A DNA stretch of 64,000 nt from Bigelowiella natans CCMP2755 (GCA_000320545.1 ADNK01001091.1:14322-78321), one strand, 5' to 3'; positions 12,898 to 26,317 are shown, numbered from the stretch's first letter. The notes: generated by a model from the sequence alone, not told the origin. A program made the numbers and translations.

Positions 12898-14517
12898 TTA
12901 AATAGCGTCGACACCGCCATTGCCATCAAACCATTGCTTTAAGTTCACGTGCAGGTAAACGTTGCAGGCTGCGGGTGTCCATGTTTCTGCATGGCCATCT
13001 TCCCAAGCCATATACGCTTCTACTTGAGACGGGTCGTACACCAAAGACATAACGTGGGTTGAATCCTGAAAGTTAGATCTATCGCAACTCCCATAATCCG
13101 GGCCTTTGATCCCGAGGAGAGACGTAATATTCACAGCTCCCTCTGCAGTCAATTTCATGCCTCCAGTCGTTGCTTCTGAGAGTCTATCATGTAGCAAGAA
13201 GTATCGCATGACTGTATCATTCCACAAAGGTTCCCCGTACTTCATCACTAACGGGTGAAGCGCATGATTGCTTCGGTATACTGCGTCGTGCATAGGCTCA
13301 CCAATCCTCACCGATTTCCCACCATTGTTTGGCCATGAGCACTTGCGACCATCTGTGATTGTGCCATTGACGCATGAAAAAGTAGCCTTTCTTTCAATAT
13401 CAGAATCACCCACAAATTCGCCATTAAATCCCGCCATGGTTTCCAACGCGACAGCAGCTGGGCCATGGGGCGCATCTTTTGCACTCCCGACTAAAAAGTT
13501 GAAAGCTGCCGAGTTTGGTCGAGATGCCCACATTTTACGTGCTTCTTGCAAAGTTGTGGCTTGACCCAGAAGTTCTCGCAGTCTAAGAGGCCACGGAATT
13601 CCATCAAATGAAACATTTCCGTTGTCAAGATTGGCTTCCGATACTGTAATCCCGGCCTCAGACATTCCACCAAGAGCGCCAAAATATCCGGCAAACCCCA
13701 TTGTTGCATACGCATGTTGTCCAGACAATCTGTAGACTGTGAGAATCTTATGCTTCGATATTCCGGTATCTGAGGTAATGTCAAGATTTCTCGAGCTCAA
13801 CAATCTCCCATGCTCGGTCACACTTCCCCAAGCTGCAAAGAAATCACAGTGTCCTGTGGATCTTTGAGTCGGTTGCGGAACAAGAAGAAGACTTTGAAGC
13901 GCAGAACGAATCTCTGGAATTCGTGAGCTGCATGTTGATGTATTGGATGGTGGTCCATGTCGTTTGATTTCATTCTGAACAAGAATCTCGATATTCTGAG
14001 TATCAGACGGAAGATTAGAAACGGTCAAAACACGTGCAACTTTTCTTCCCAAATCTTTGATCCCAGCTTTGACGCCACCTCTTTTGATTCCCTCCAATTC
14101 AAGTAGGAAAGACTTTGGAGTCCATTCTCTCAATGAACAATCCCAAAGCCAATCAATCACAGGAATCATTGATGAGTTTAGTTTCTGGGCGACCCAAATA
14201 TCATGTAGTTGCGAAGCTGAACTTCCGAGAATTTCACCATAAGCCTCGCCTACATCCTCAGGCGAACCAGATAAATCAAATAAATTTATATCTCCAAGAG
14301 AATATGAATCATCCCCGCTCAGCGAGATCGAGTATAACTTGCCCGCGCCATTCGAAGAGGTGTTCAAAAGGGTGAATCCGGATGCCTTCGATATTCGGGG
14401 CTTATACTTCAAGCGGTATGAAGGGTGCGGTAATCCATTTCCCCCCCCTAATTCCTTCTGAAACTTTGAAGAGGTACAAAGCAGCAGAAGCGAGATAGCT
14501 ACCCGTCTCAACGCCAT
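12898..14517 (-). CDS. Secreted Ntn-hydrolase, peptidase C45/acid-ceramidase-like (AAT family), intronless
   Basis: Signal peptide MALRRVAISLLLLC. L.GS..D.G.AYG and EL.GI..G propeptide motifs. Autoproteolytic site GH|CDFFAAWG followed by RNLD, G.S.AGI and R.NH. Confidence 0.82.
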   Translation of the reverse strand: MALRRVAISLLLLCTSSKFQKELGGGNGLPHPSYRLKYKPRISKASGFTLLNTSSNGAGKLYSISLSGDDSYSLGDINLFDLSGSPEDVGEAYGEILGSSASQLHDIWVAQKLNSSMIPVIDWLWDCSLREWTPKSFLLELEGIKRGGVKAGIKDLGRKVARVLTVSNLPSDTQNIEILVQNEIKRHGPPSNTSTCSSRIPEIRSALQSLLLVPQPTQRSTGHCDFFAAWGSVTEHGRLLSSRNLDITSDTGISKHKILTVYRLSGQHAYATMGFAGYFGALGGMSEAGITVSEANLDNGNVSFDGIPWPLRLRELLGQATTLQEARKMWASRPNSAAFNFLVGSAKDAPHGPAAVALETMAGFNGEFVGDSDIERKATFSCVNGTITDGRKCSWPNNGGKSVRIGEPMHDAVYRSNHALHPLVMKYGEPLWNDTVMRYFLLHDRLSEATTGGMKLTAEGAVNITSLLGIKGPDYGSCDRSNFQDSTHVMSLVYDPSQVEAYMAWEDGHAETWTPAACNVYLHVNLKQWFDGNGGVDAI

Positions 14518-14736
14518 GATGGTCAAGAAGACTGAATGTGTGTATTATGAGCCATTTGCATATCTAAATCCACATCCATGCTTTGTCGCACTACATAAAT
14601 GTATGATAAACAACCCCACTTTATTGATAATTCCATCATAGCCATGCTTTTTCCATGCGCGACCTGAGGTCATTCGTCATGTTGCTGCATTCACCTGAAG
14701 TTTGAAGTCGCAGGGAATAATCCAAAGGATATTTAT

Positions 14737-15385
14737 ATGGGAAAATATCGGACAAGGCTTGTCGCAAGAGGATTTCGGTATTCGTCTTCTCACTCACACT
14801 CCCTACTTGAGGCATCGCTCCTTCCAGCCGTAAAAGACCCGGTGGTGATGGCAGGGATCGTCCAGAATCCCATTCCTAGTGAAACGTTGGATACCCTCAA
14901 ATGCGAGATGTATCGTCGCATAGGCCCGGTGCCGAAAATGCATGCAGAGTCGCTTCTGACAGATCTTATTAAAAGTACGTACATCTATCACAGGACGCCG
15001 ACCCCGAAGAAGTCACCACGGCTCTTAGAGCGCTCAATGGAAGGGTTGCTACTTATCATTTCTGGATTCACACAAAATCAGTATAGTATAGAAACATGTT
15101 CGCCTTGGGTTCGTAAATATGATCTTTAAGGGTTCCTTGCTTCTGCCTATCGTTGTTTCATGCTGCCAGGTTGGATGGGCCGTCAACTACTTCTGGAGAC
15201 ATGTAAGATGGGCAATGGGGTTGATGTATGGGGAATGCTTATCTATTGCATATTCTAATGTACTCATGTTTGCGATTAGGTGGCCGCTGACCTTCCCAGA
15301 AGCCGTAAATTACTTCGAAAACATCGATCGGAACATATTCTCAGTGGAGGGCAGGAGGATTCAAGTTCGGGAGCGGCCAGAGTAG
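14737..15385 (+). CDS. Small three-exon hypothetical protein, possibly organelle-targeted
   Basis: MGKYRTRLVARGFRYSSS... splices in frame to LDGPSTTSGDM|WPLTFPEAVNYFENIDRNIFSVEGRRIQVRERPE*. No recognisable family. Confidence 0.35.
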
Positions 15386-15432
15386 TACTCTGTTCGATTG
15401 TAATACCCTTGATAATATTTCTGATACATACG

Positions 15433-16374
15433 ATGGATGTTCTAAAGGATGGCAACACCAGGAATGATCGACAAACCTGTGATTTTGCCATTGATAAGCT
15501 GCCCGCAGGGGTGCTGCAAAGGCTTTTCACATTTTTCTCACCAATTTATCGCCTAGCTGTCTTCACCAAAGTGTCCGTGGTAAACAACTCTTCGCAACAC
15601 CTAGATGGGGAAATTGGAGCGAGGGGAGAGCAGATGGGGATGGGGGAAACGGCAAGTTTTCTACGGAGCTATTGATTTCGTCAATAATGTTGTTTTTTTT
15701 AAATCAGAGATGGCATAATATCGTTTGCAATGATGCTGCATGGCGAGAGGTGATTTTGTTCCACAATGTCTTGGAAAATCAAGGAAAGTATAATTTGCGT
15801 GTAATCAGTTATACGAGTCACATAATTGGAAATCGATAGAGCCGGAGCAGGCATCTAAGTACTGCATAAAGAGCAGTGAGGTATGATTGAGGGACGGGAG
15901 AAAAGCGATGTTGTATAAGTTCAGTTGAAATTTTCATTGAGAATAATACTTATCAGACACATTATAATTTTTATGCGAAACTAGATGCGGCTCCCGTATC
16001 CTACGACAGCTGGGGCTGGTGGTACAACTCATTTCTTTTCCTCAACACCTGCTGACCGAAAATCCGGCAGCAAAAGGCAACTCAGAGATAGATCTCGTCG
16101 TCGTCGCAGCAGTAGCATCAACAGTAGTCACAGGAAGAATGTGGGTATCTCCTCTAAAGTGAAGAACGATTCGGATGAGATAGTTGCTGGAAAAAAAGGA
16201 GTGAAACAAGAATTAGGGCAGCAAGTTCAGACAGCAGTCAAAAGGAAAAAGCTCCTTCCAAATAGGGGAAGTGAGGTATGGAAGCAAAGGTAGCAATGTT
16301 ACTTTATGTTCCTCGTGATCTTTGTCACACCTTGTGTCATCCATCACCACAATTATCATCATCGTCATGTACTC

Positions 16375-16416
<42 letters not shown>

Positions 16417-17055
16417 CCCTTCTATCTCCGTCTCTGTCTCTTGTGCCATCATGGTAAGCGGTATTATCAATGTAGGTTTAAGCGACGATATCTGTGGGAA
16501 GAGCGCCGCACCTGTCCAAGGAAAAATTGCGATGGTAACACCAAAAAAGAGAGGGAAATTCTGTCTCGCCCTCAGCTTATAATTGTGCTGCACATGCAGG
16601 ATTTTGCAAGTCATGGAGTGTATGCCCCGTTTTATATGGCTTTCCTTCCGTTAACCTCATTCCTGGTATTATTGTCAAACACCACTTCCTGACTTTCACT
16701 ATCAATGGATGGAACATCTGTTTTTCGAATCGCACAAGAAAATATCTCATCGATGCTACTGTATGTAAATCTGGTGAAATTCAAAACCGCGAAACATCCA
16801 GCGGAAACTGCGACAGTTGTTGTTCCAGCCATGGCTATTCGCACCAATAAACGGCGATGTGTTTTTAATAATACCATCTGTATTTCGAAGATATATGATT
16901 TCGACATTTCTTTCCCTCCTTTAGCCATACGGGAGGGTTTATTTCTCCTCGGCATGGACCATATTCCGATGGGGGAGTGGAAGCTACCTACGGTCGAAGA
17001 CTATTTGAAAACGATGCAATTACCTGATATTACAGTAAAATTCCTTGAATTTTAA
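15433..17055 (+). CDS. F-box protein with C-terminal Cys-rich PxLYGFP domain
   Basis: IDKLPAGVLQRLFTFFSPIYRLAVFTK...RWHNIVCNDAAWRE (F-box). Later exons: FKRRYLWEERRTCPRKNCD|GFCKSWSVCPVLYGFPSVNLIP|AIREGLFLLGMDH. Confidence 0.72.
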
Positions 17056-17956
17056 ACGGAAAAACTGATGCTCTTTGTCGATGGTTAGAAATAAGTTAGT
17101 ATTTCTTCATAGATGGAAATCGTGGTGCTTCTTCGTAATCACATGTTGAATGTATGTCTAAGATTACTCTGTATTTCGAGTTAAAGAATCAGAGAATACA
17201 TCATCAAAGGAATTGTGTCCTTCTTTATCCTCACGTTGGCTATTCTATAATTCTTCTGATTAGTGGATGTGTAAGAGCTGTCGAATCGCCTGGATTAGGT
17301 CTTTGTTCACTTCGACAGCATCAATTGCAACAACCATGGACATGTTGCTCAAAGCTCTCATATTCGTTTGATAGACTCGTAGCACTGAATCGTACTAACT
17401 TGCCCAAAAAAGGTATCCTTGGCGAACGACACAAGACTACTACGAGAATGATGCTAAAGATAATGATAGAGAAATAATACTACCAACGTAGTCGTGTCAA
17501 GTGAAAATGTTGTGAAGACAATGTGACGTCCGCCTGAAGAATTGAGGTGCTCATCCAACAATGTTATTGCGAACAGCAATTAATTGCCCAACATGGTGCT
17601 TGAGAAGTTTGTTTTTGAGACTCCAACATCACTTCAAATTATAGAAACATCGTGATACACTACATATGTCACATGCATAGCATACAGTATCTATAGTCAA
17701 AGCGACCAGATTCGACGCAATGCCTATTCAACAAAAGCTCTTGAGCTTGGAATGTGCCGCACTCACTCGTCACTCGTCATGTGTTGACGCTACAAGTGTT
17801 CGCGCAGCTAGATGCACTCGACAAGCAGCGCTGCTGTAGTTTTGTGGAGGTGTTATTTTCGGCACGCGCAATACCCGTGCCCGCGTGTGCGCGTACGTGT
17901 ACGTTGTGTATGCACATATCAATTGTTCTTTCATAGCTTTCGGACTATTTTTGAAT

Positions 17957-19195
17957 TCATCTGCTGTAGTGAAGATTGACATGAGAGATCTCAAACTTAT
18001 GTTGTCGCACAGGCTGGCCTTCTTTCGAAAGATAACCGCATCCCACTGAGATAATCCTTTGGTTAGATTCGACTTGGAAGGCACGTAGAGTTTTATCACG
18101 GCTTCCACTGTCGATACGTATCCTCATGAGACCACCTCTAGAGTCCATCGGGACCTTGTAGAAGCAATAATTAGAATTATGAATGTACTTGATTCAGCAT
18201 AAAAGCAGAAGAACTTGTAAGTAAGTATTTGGAATATACGCAATACCAGATATCCAACAGCTCCCTTTCCGCAGAGCTTGATTGTAGTTTTATTCTTGCG
18301 AAGCGTTAATTCCTGAAAACCAAAATGGTTCTTTGATCGACCTCCCCGGCGTTTTCGATCCACGTTCCAGGCGACCACGAGCAGCTTCTTCGCTATCCTT
18401 GACTAAACGGTGAAACAAGATAAACTTCTAATGTGGAAAATATTACGATGGCATCGTATTCTTCTGAAACATCCTATTATAATGGAGTCGAACAAGAATC
18501 GAGAGCACCCCCCGTTTGCATCCTCTCTAAAATGTGATGGTCCGGATGCATTTTTAGGTCGTCATGTACTTGAAAGCTTGTATATCACATGGATGATTCA
18601 ATGTGAAGGATGAGGAAGATATTAACCTTTTCTTCTGCTTTGGAAGGCCTGAGGGGGACAGTTATATATGACAAATGACGATCACTGTTTATGCATCCGA
18701 CGGAAAGATGAAATCGTTGGCTTTGGGAAGAGATGAGTACATGTTCGAGGAGTCCAAAACAAATGGCTTCAACAAAGGCATAAACGTGTCAGGACTACTG
18801 CCCAGATCATCAAAATCCAATGATGAAGGTGCTGAAGTCAGGGATTTTGAGCTGTCTTCCATGAACCCAAACGATGAGTCATTCGTGCAGTTTGTTGTAG
18901 AGGATATTCTCCGCATTTCAGAAACTTCAGTATCCGTCGGCTTTCGTTTCCACGCTGCACATATCTGCCCAGTATCTTCTATTTCGAAGATCAAGCAACG
19001 CATTCCTGTCCCTCCCCTTTTTTGGAACTCTGCCTTGAGGAGAGAAACCTCGATCGCATACTTGAGCTGTTGATGGTTACCACTGATTAATAGATTATCG
19101 TAGTTCAACAGCTCGAAACCACGCGTTTCATTCTCAACGCTTCGCTTGCTGGACTCGGCCATGCTTCCAAAGGAAAATGTGAAGCAGGCACTCAT
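17957..19195 (-). CDS. Multi-exon hypothetical protein
   Basis: Three long minus-strand open frames (18689-19195, ~18246-18403, 17957-18154) are flanked by GT/AG sites and can be joined. No motif recognised. Confidence 0.45.
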
Positions 19196-19832
19196 CTTCG
19201 TACGTCCCTGGATACACGAAGCGTGGGGATGACGAAAGCCGGTGTGTGTGCTTGAATTTTATGCTATTTCGGGTCTCGTTCCGAAATTGAGTATGAACAA
19301 ATCCAAGAGGATTTCTGCAAAACGACAAAGCTGAGTACCAGAATTACCAGAAAATGCGATACGCTTTTCTGCTCAGCATCTTCGCTTCAGAAATACTGAA
19401 GGAGCTCGCGGCAAAACTTTGGAGCGGTATTGTGTTCTCGCGACATGGGTTTTGACATAATTTTTTACAGAAACATAGAAGGTTTAGGAAATGCAACAGT
19501 TTTGTACAAGCTAAGTGCTGATCGAGTTCGTCTTACATGTATCACATTGTTCAAACGTCAACCTAAATCCAGAAATAATAGGATGAATCATTAATGCGAC
19601 AACTACTTTCGGTGATGGAGGAGCTCGAAGGATATTTATTAGCTGAGACAATCATTTTCTGCCTGTCGCAATATCAATATCCCAATCTCTGAACCGAATT
19701 TTAATTATGTACCCCAGAATCGTTCGGTCACGTCGACCCCAAACAACCAGTCATAACCCCATCCCCCCCCCAAAGTGGATAATAGTCGCACATCGCTCAA
19801 GGCGTTCTGGAAAATTCAGATAAGCTCAGAAT

Positions 19833-20156
19833 ATGGAGCAAAGACGTTATTCGGGCGTCCTTGCAACAGGGCTCGCTGCATCTTTGATGGTGCTTGCCCT
19901 GTATGGTAATGAAGCTCCAGGGGGAAAGTCGATGAAACTTCTCGCGTCCCCTATACAACGACATGGCATTTCACTGCCATCCACATATTTAGCACCAATA
20001 GTACGTCGTTCAAATTATCGCCAAGGCTCTGAGCCTACGGCCATGAACGCAAACAAAGGAGCTATTCGAAAAACTGGAATGGCCGTGCATAGTAACATCC
20101 CACCATCCTGCAGCGATGGGAAGGAACCCTGGGAGCAATCAACGATGGGATTCTCA

Positions 20157-20188
<32 letters not shown>

Positions 20189-21520
20189 GCAGCACATGGA
20201 TAAATCAACACCATGGTCTCCATCGGAACCTACTCCTCGACGAAAAGTTCTGCAAGGCTCGAGTGCTTTGGGGGCTGCTGTAGCAGGGTTATTGACGGCT
20301 TCTTCCCTTGACCTCAAGGGTCTCTCGATGAATGGACCCGAGGCTCAAGCTGCCACGATGGCAGTGGAGCAAGTCGATTCGGCGCCAAAAGCTGATAGTA
20401 GCGAGGTTGTCGACTGCCTCTTCCAGCAGTGCCGTTTGGAGGTATCCCCTACGTCGTCTTCCCATTTTATCTGATAATGTCGGTGAAACAAGGATGATGA
20501 TGATGGCTCTCATATTATTATGGTAATTATATCGTAGTTGTTCGCATGCCTCGCGAATACGGTCTGTGCTGCCAACTTGGTATGCCTCTCCCAGTGTACC
20601 GGAAAGCCAGATGAAAGCGCTTGTCAGGTAGCAGTTGCAGAGCATAGCACATCAATCATTAATCGATGTCACTACGATATATTTGCTCTCCATTGTCGTT
20701 ACTATCGTGTCGGTGCGTGGGTGACTAAATCCTGTATACATAATAGGTACGATGCGGAGACCTTTTCCAAACGAGCGCAATTGATAGGTGGTTGAGTTGA
20801 TGTAATTCCCAACCTCGACTCTTTCCTGCATGCAGTGTGAGAATGAATGACTACCACGTATGCCTATCGTCAACGCAATTATTTCCTTCAGATTCAACGA
20901 TTGCGCCATTAGCCGAGGCAAGTGTGTGAAGCAGAGGTTGGATGATGGCGGGTATGTATGTGCGATCCATTGCCTCTTCCACAACCCAACCACCACCACC
21001 ACCACCACCACCAAGACGACGATGATGTTGATAATGAGGCGAGGATAATCGTCTGACAGTGCTGCCCACATCTCTGCTACACAATACGAGAAAATATATG
21101 CAGTATATTCTGCATGTGCTCATGACGCCCGTCCCTCCTGCCCCACCCGTTATTCGTTTCTTCAACATTAGATATCCTGTCCCACCCCCCGAAGCTCTTG
21201 TCTCTGAGTTCGACGCATCAAAGGTAAGACGATGAACGTGGTCGGTGATGATGGCCAATGGTCACGACAGTCATGTCAATGATGAGAGTGAGCATGTACT
21301 ATGATGATGATGATGATGATGATGATAATGATGAGGATGTTAATGATAATGATTGCGAGATGGTGCGAAATGATAACAAGCTGTATTCTTCTTCTTCTTC
21401 TTACAGTTCACCGGCGATTGGTACATTACACTGGGAGAGAACGAGCTTTTTGATACGTTTGACTGCCAACTTCACACCTTTTCGTGGGATGAAAAGGTAC
21501 TCCTCCTCCTCCTCCTCCTG

Positions 21521-21551
<31 letters not shown>

Positions 21552-21667
21552 ATAGAACTGCTAGCAACTTTGCAAATACAACCCCAACCTTGAGTGTGAC
21601 GACACAACAACGCAAGAATGCCTTGATGGCTCCTATTGTGATCTGTCTGTTAACGATGATGAATGAA

Positions 21668-21704
<37 letters not shown>

Positions 21705-22038
21705 GTGTATGTGTGTGTGTGTGTGTACTGCTTAGAGCAAGATGCTGAGCGGTCAGATCCGCTGGCGTGTGAGTACACCCGATGGTGGATTTCTGCAGAG
21801 GTAAGAAGGAGCAGGGAGGAGGAGGAGGAGGAGGAGGAGGAGGAGGAGGAGGAGGGAAGAGGCAGCGATGATGTAGAGCAAGAGAGAAGAGAATAAATAG
21901 AGGAATAGGTGTTCGGTATGAACCAACCTTTTCCACCAACACTAAATGCTCTTACTACTACTACTACTACTGCTGCTACTAGTACTTTTAACTATTACTA
22001 CTATTTGGAATTATAAGTTTGTTCTCGATTAAACTAAA

Positions 22039-22079
<41 letters not shown>

Positions 22080-22833
22080 CTCACCACTCACTCTCTCACT
22101 CACCGATTCAGTGACTTTCTTCTAATAACTCTTTGTCGTGACTACACACGATAAACAGGTCTGCGATCCAAACCTTTAAGCAACAGGACGAACAGCCATC
22201 ACTGCTCATCAATGATGTGAGTAGTAGTTGTAGTGGGTGAGAGGAGGAGGAGGAGGAGGAAGAGATCCTGTTATCATTTATTGCAAGTTCTCCATCATTA
22301 TCTCAAGATATCGCAGCAGCACCTGCTACGTCTAAAACACTACCAACATATTATAAATATGCGTGCAGGGCAACGACTTCCTTAACTATAGCGACAACTG
22401 GTATGTAGCCTCTGCTCAGCTTGAAGGTGATGAGATTGGTTGATTCGTTGATCTTGAAGTCAGCAGTGTTTCCAGTAGCAGCCTCAGTAGAATATGTGTA
22501 TACATATCATGTATGCTGGAAATGATTCAACGACTCTCGAATACTCATTACCTTCATGCTGGCTTCTTCCCTGCCCCCCCCCTCTCCGATCTGACGTCTT
22601 TGTATTAGGGAAGGACACCGATCATGTATTTGTTTACTACCGTGGTTCAAATGATGCCTGGGATGGGTAATAGAAATTGAGTTATAGGCGGCGTAGTAGG
22701 GATTCGTCAACGACGATAACAGTGATACTGATGATGGCCAATGTTTTCTTCAGATATGGAGGGGCAGTTCTTTACACCAGGCAAGCAACAATGCCGAAGG
22801 TCGTGATGTCGCTCCGTCACAATATATCATGTT

Positions 22834-22914
<81 letters not shown>

Positions 22915-23993
22915 TCGGATGAAGTACCACGTGGTGCTAAACACGCGTATGAGTGCACTAGCACGCACACAAACATCTGCTGCTCTGCTTCTCACGCAGC
23001 AGGCAGAGTAGGCAACAAATGTGAATAAAACATGGATCTCCTCCACCATATAATGATGATAGGCCTTGGAACCGATCGTAAAGAAATCGTGCGCGAAACT
23101 TCCAAGTGAGCCGGCAGAGCGCGAGCTGGACACCTACCCTCCTCTATTGAAAAATTATATAATATGTACATACGTGTATATAAACACAACGCGTGTAAAA
23201 GTGTGCGCGTATGTTGTTGGTTTGAGAGTATGATCGCATGCAGCTACAGTACGAAAGCTAATCCACTCTCATCAAAATGGCTGCTTCCTGCCGCTCCCCA
23301 CTCCCCACCCCAAAATAGCACCCCCACGACTATTACCTTCCACTAACCCCTTCCCACGAATCATCATGGTGGTTGTTCGTCGTTGTCGTCTTACTTGTGT
23401 ATGTAGCCGTCAAATACGCAAATCTGCGACGCACCAACAACGAGTGCAAGGCGGCCGCCCCGCTCATCCAGCGCCTGGAGGCGACCACTGAGAAAGTTAT
23501 CGAAGAGGAATCGAAGGTTGATTGAGGGAAAGTTAGGGGGGGGGGGAGGGGGGGGAGAAGGGACGGGTGGTGTTCAGAGCGCGACTCAACGAAGCAAAGA
23601 AAACGGGTAGGAGAGGAATTCACAATTTTCTTCGAGAAAGTAGCCAGTACTGGCCCAATTGGGGGACACAACAACGACGGCAATACACTGTTCTCATAGC
23701 GGAGAACAGTGTCAAACTCATTCGTGTGCCATATCGACCACAACTTCAATATATTGAGGTGAATCGACTCCTCAGGCTACTTGTGTTCGTTTTAGGTGTT
23801 GGTGAATGCTATAGAGAAAGAAGAAAAGGTTATACCTACTACTCGTGGGTGCTATACGATATCGTCGTCGGTATCCTACTATCTGAACCGACTCCTGAGG
23901 CTACTTCGTCTTTCCTGTGCTCAGGTGTTGGTGAATGCCATTGAGAAAGAAGAAAAGGTTCTCGTCAAAGCTATCGAAAAGGAGGAGGAACAG

Positions 23994-24024
<31 letters not shown>

Positions 24025-24042
24025 CTATTGTTGTCGTTATTA

Positions 24043-24073
<31 letters not shown>

Positions 24074-24773
24074 CTGGTACTCTAAAATCTTGTATAATCT
24101 CGTTGTTTGTGTCTTTATTATAGTACCTTCTTGTTTCACTGGCATGCAGCATTCGTGTTCAAACGATTCGACTCAATAAATAGATTAAGAAATGAAGTAT
24201 GCCGGGCGGTGGCGGTTGTGCTGATGGCGGTGTTGTGCTGAAATCCTTCTTATTTATTCGCAAGACCGGATTAGGTGGAAAGAAGATTACGAGCTCATCT
24301 ATTTGTTTTATGTATTTTCCTTCAGATATTCTCCGGCATTGAAGAACGTGTGTTAGCTCTCGAAGGAGAGGTTTTGCCTATTCTTATTCAAATAGTTCTG
24401 TCGGTGTCGTCATCGTTGATTGCAGCTATCAAATCACATTTGTTGTCATCATAGTGACCACTTTCTCCATCAAAAGCGGTTTATTTCCCTTCTGTCGTCC
24501 TCTTTCCTCTTTGCTCACTCTTTCTTCTTCTTCTTTCTCTTCCTAATCAGTACTATAAGGACGAAGAGATATCAGCTAGGATGAAGAAAGAGGTTGTTAA
24601 CGATCTTGCCTTCTTCCTGAAGGGTGTCGGAAGAGACTTCTCTGAGGCTGAGAAGGGCGTTGAGGGGTAAATCAGTAAGGAGGAACACCAAACAATTCTT
24701 GCAGATACATTACATAGTGTAGCTTTCCTTGTAATCGTAGTTTTCTCTCTCTCTCTCTCTTCCTCTTTTATGT

Positions 24774-24811
<38 letters not shown>

Positions 24812-24991
24812 GAAGAGAGAAAGAGAAAAGCTTATGCATGAAATGAAGTGTAAGTACACTGACTCCCACTCTCTCCGGTGGCTCACTTGTAGATACGCAA
24901 AGAGACTAGGAAATGCTATTGTCCAGGGAGAGCAAAGGTGCCGGTCAATGAAAAATGAGCTGCGTTTTTTTCAATTTTTCTGTCTTTTCAG

Positions 24992-25061
<70 letters not shown>

Positions 25062-25238
25062 GTATTCCTTGACTCCTACATCCCTCCCCTCCTTTTCAGA
25101 CTGATTGCGAAGGAAAATAACAACATTTTTGCGAAGTTCATTAGAGCAATTACGCGCGAGGTGTGTTACCTGCCACTCGTTTAACATGTCGTCGACCATC
25201 TAGCAGCTTTAGTTGAAAGATTCTTTTTTCCATCAGTT

Positions 25239-25271
<33 letters not shown>

Positions 25272-25650
25272 GACACCACACTCACACATACACACAAAAA
25301 GAGGGAGGGGGGGGGGTAAATGGAGAGCAAGAAAGAGTGGAGAGTATCCTTGGAAGAAAGCAAGTGTTTATTAATTCTTTCCAACCGCTCACAATGGATA
25401 GGAGGAGAAAGTGTTGAAGGAGCTCGAAATGGACGTGAAAGACGTGGAACAGCTCCTAGCGAAGGCGTTCGGTTCAGGTCAGTGTAGCGCTAACCTATTC
25501 ACTACCGTACAGCTGCAGCTGTCTATTCTCCCAGTAACTCTACTTCCGTCATTTTTTGTCAACTCTCTCTTCTCTCCTGCAGGTGCTTCCTCTCAGTCGA
25601 GACGAACTTCGGGCGTTACAGGACTTGTGTCTGGCGCTGCGGCACAATAA
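19833..25650 (+). CDS. VDE: Violaxanthin de-epoxidase precursor (~20 exons)
   Basis: Cys-rich domain CLFQQCRLELFACLANTVCAANLVCLSQCTGKPDESACQVRCGDLF. Lipocalin domain FTGDWYITLGENELFDTFDCQLHTF, NDFLNYSDNWYV and [23 protein letters not shown]. Glu-rich tail ...EEKVLKELEMDVKDVEQLL. Confidence 0.95.
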
Positions 25651-26317
25651 TGCCCAAACCACAGCTAGACAGCAGTATGAACGGCATGAACTCCATGTAT
25701 CATCGTCTTCCAACACTGCCCGACTTCATGATGTGACCTGATGACAGCTCTGCTTAGTGCGGACATGTCTAGATGTACGTGTGCTTAGTTGCAGAGGTGA
25801 AACACACATCATCATGCAAGCTCTAGAGCTAGCAAGACCTAGAGGCGGCCATGCTACATGTACCCATTCGGCAAGCTAGCTAGCAAGTCGATAGTTCGTG
25901 CCGCAAGCGCGTAGCATGTTGCATGTGCAATCAAGATTGCTAGACAAACATGCCTGCAAATTAGTGCAATGTGTGCAGCTAGGCTAGTAGGCAGCAGTGC
26001 ATGCACACACATCTAGACATGCACATGCTCTAGTGCTAGCTAGCTAGCATGTGCTAGTGTGCAAGGTGCAGTCGCTGCACTAGGGCATCTAAGCTCATGC
26101 TACCCAGCTACATCTAGACTTGATCAGATGTACAGACGTTGACTGGAAAGCCAAAAGAATCATGCTTGGCAGCCAAAACTTTTGCCATTATCAACTGCAA
26201 ACATGCACGTCCATGTTGTGCATTGTCACAATGCTGCTCTGCACGTGCATGCTGAAACTTCATAGTACGTCACATTAGCCAACATCGAAATCGTTACAAA
26301 TTTTAGTTGTTGAACAC

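Noticed and set aside
14737-14780. GKYRTRLVARGF resembles the Ty1/copia RT motif YKARLVARGF
   Set aside because: No other RT, RNase H or integrase motifs and no LTRs nearby. It sits at an ATG and reads like a transit peptide.
18675-19073. Plus-strand 132-aa ORF
   Set aside because: It overlaps a longer minus-strand frame that has consistent downstream exons, so it is likely the shadow.
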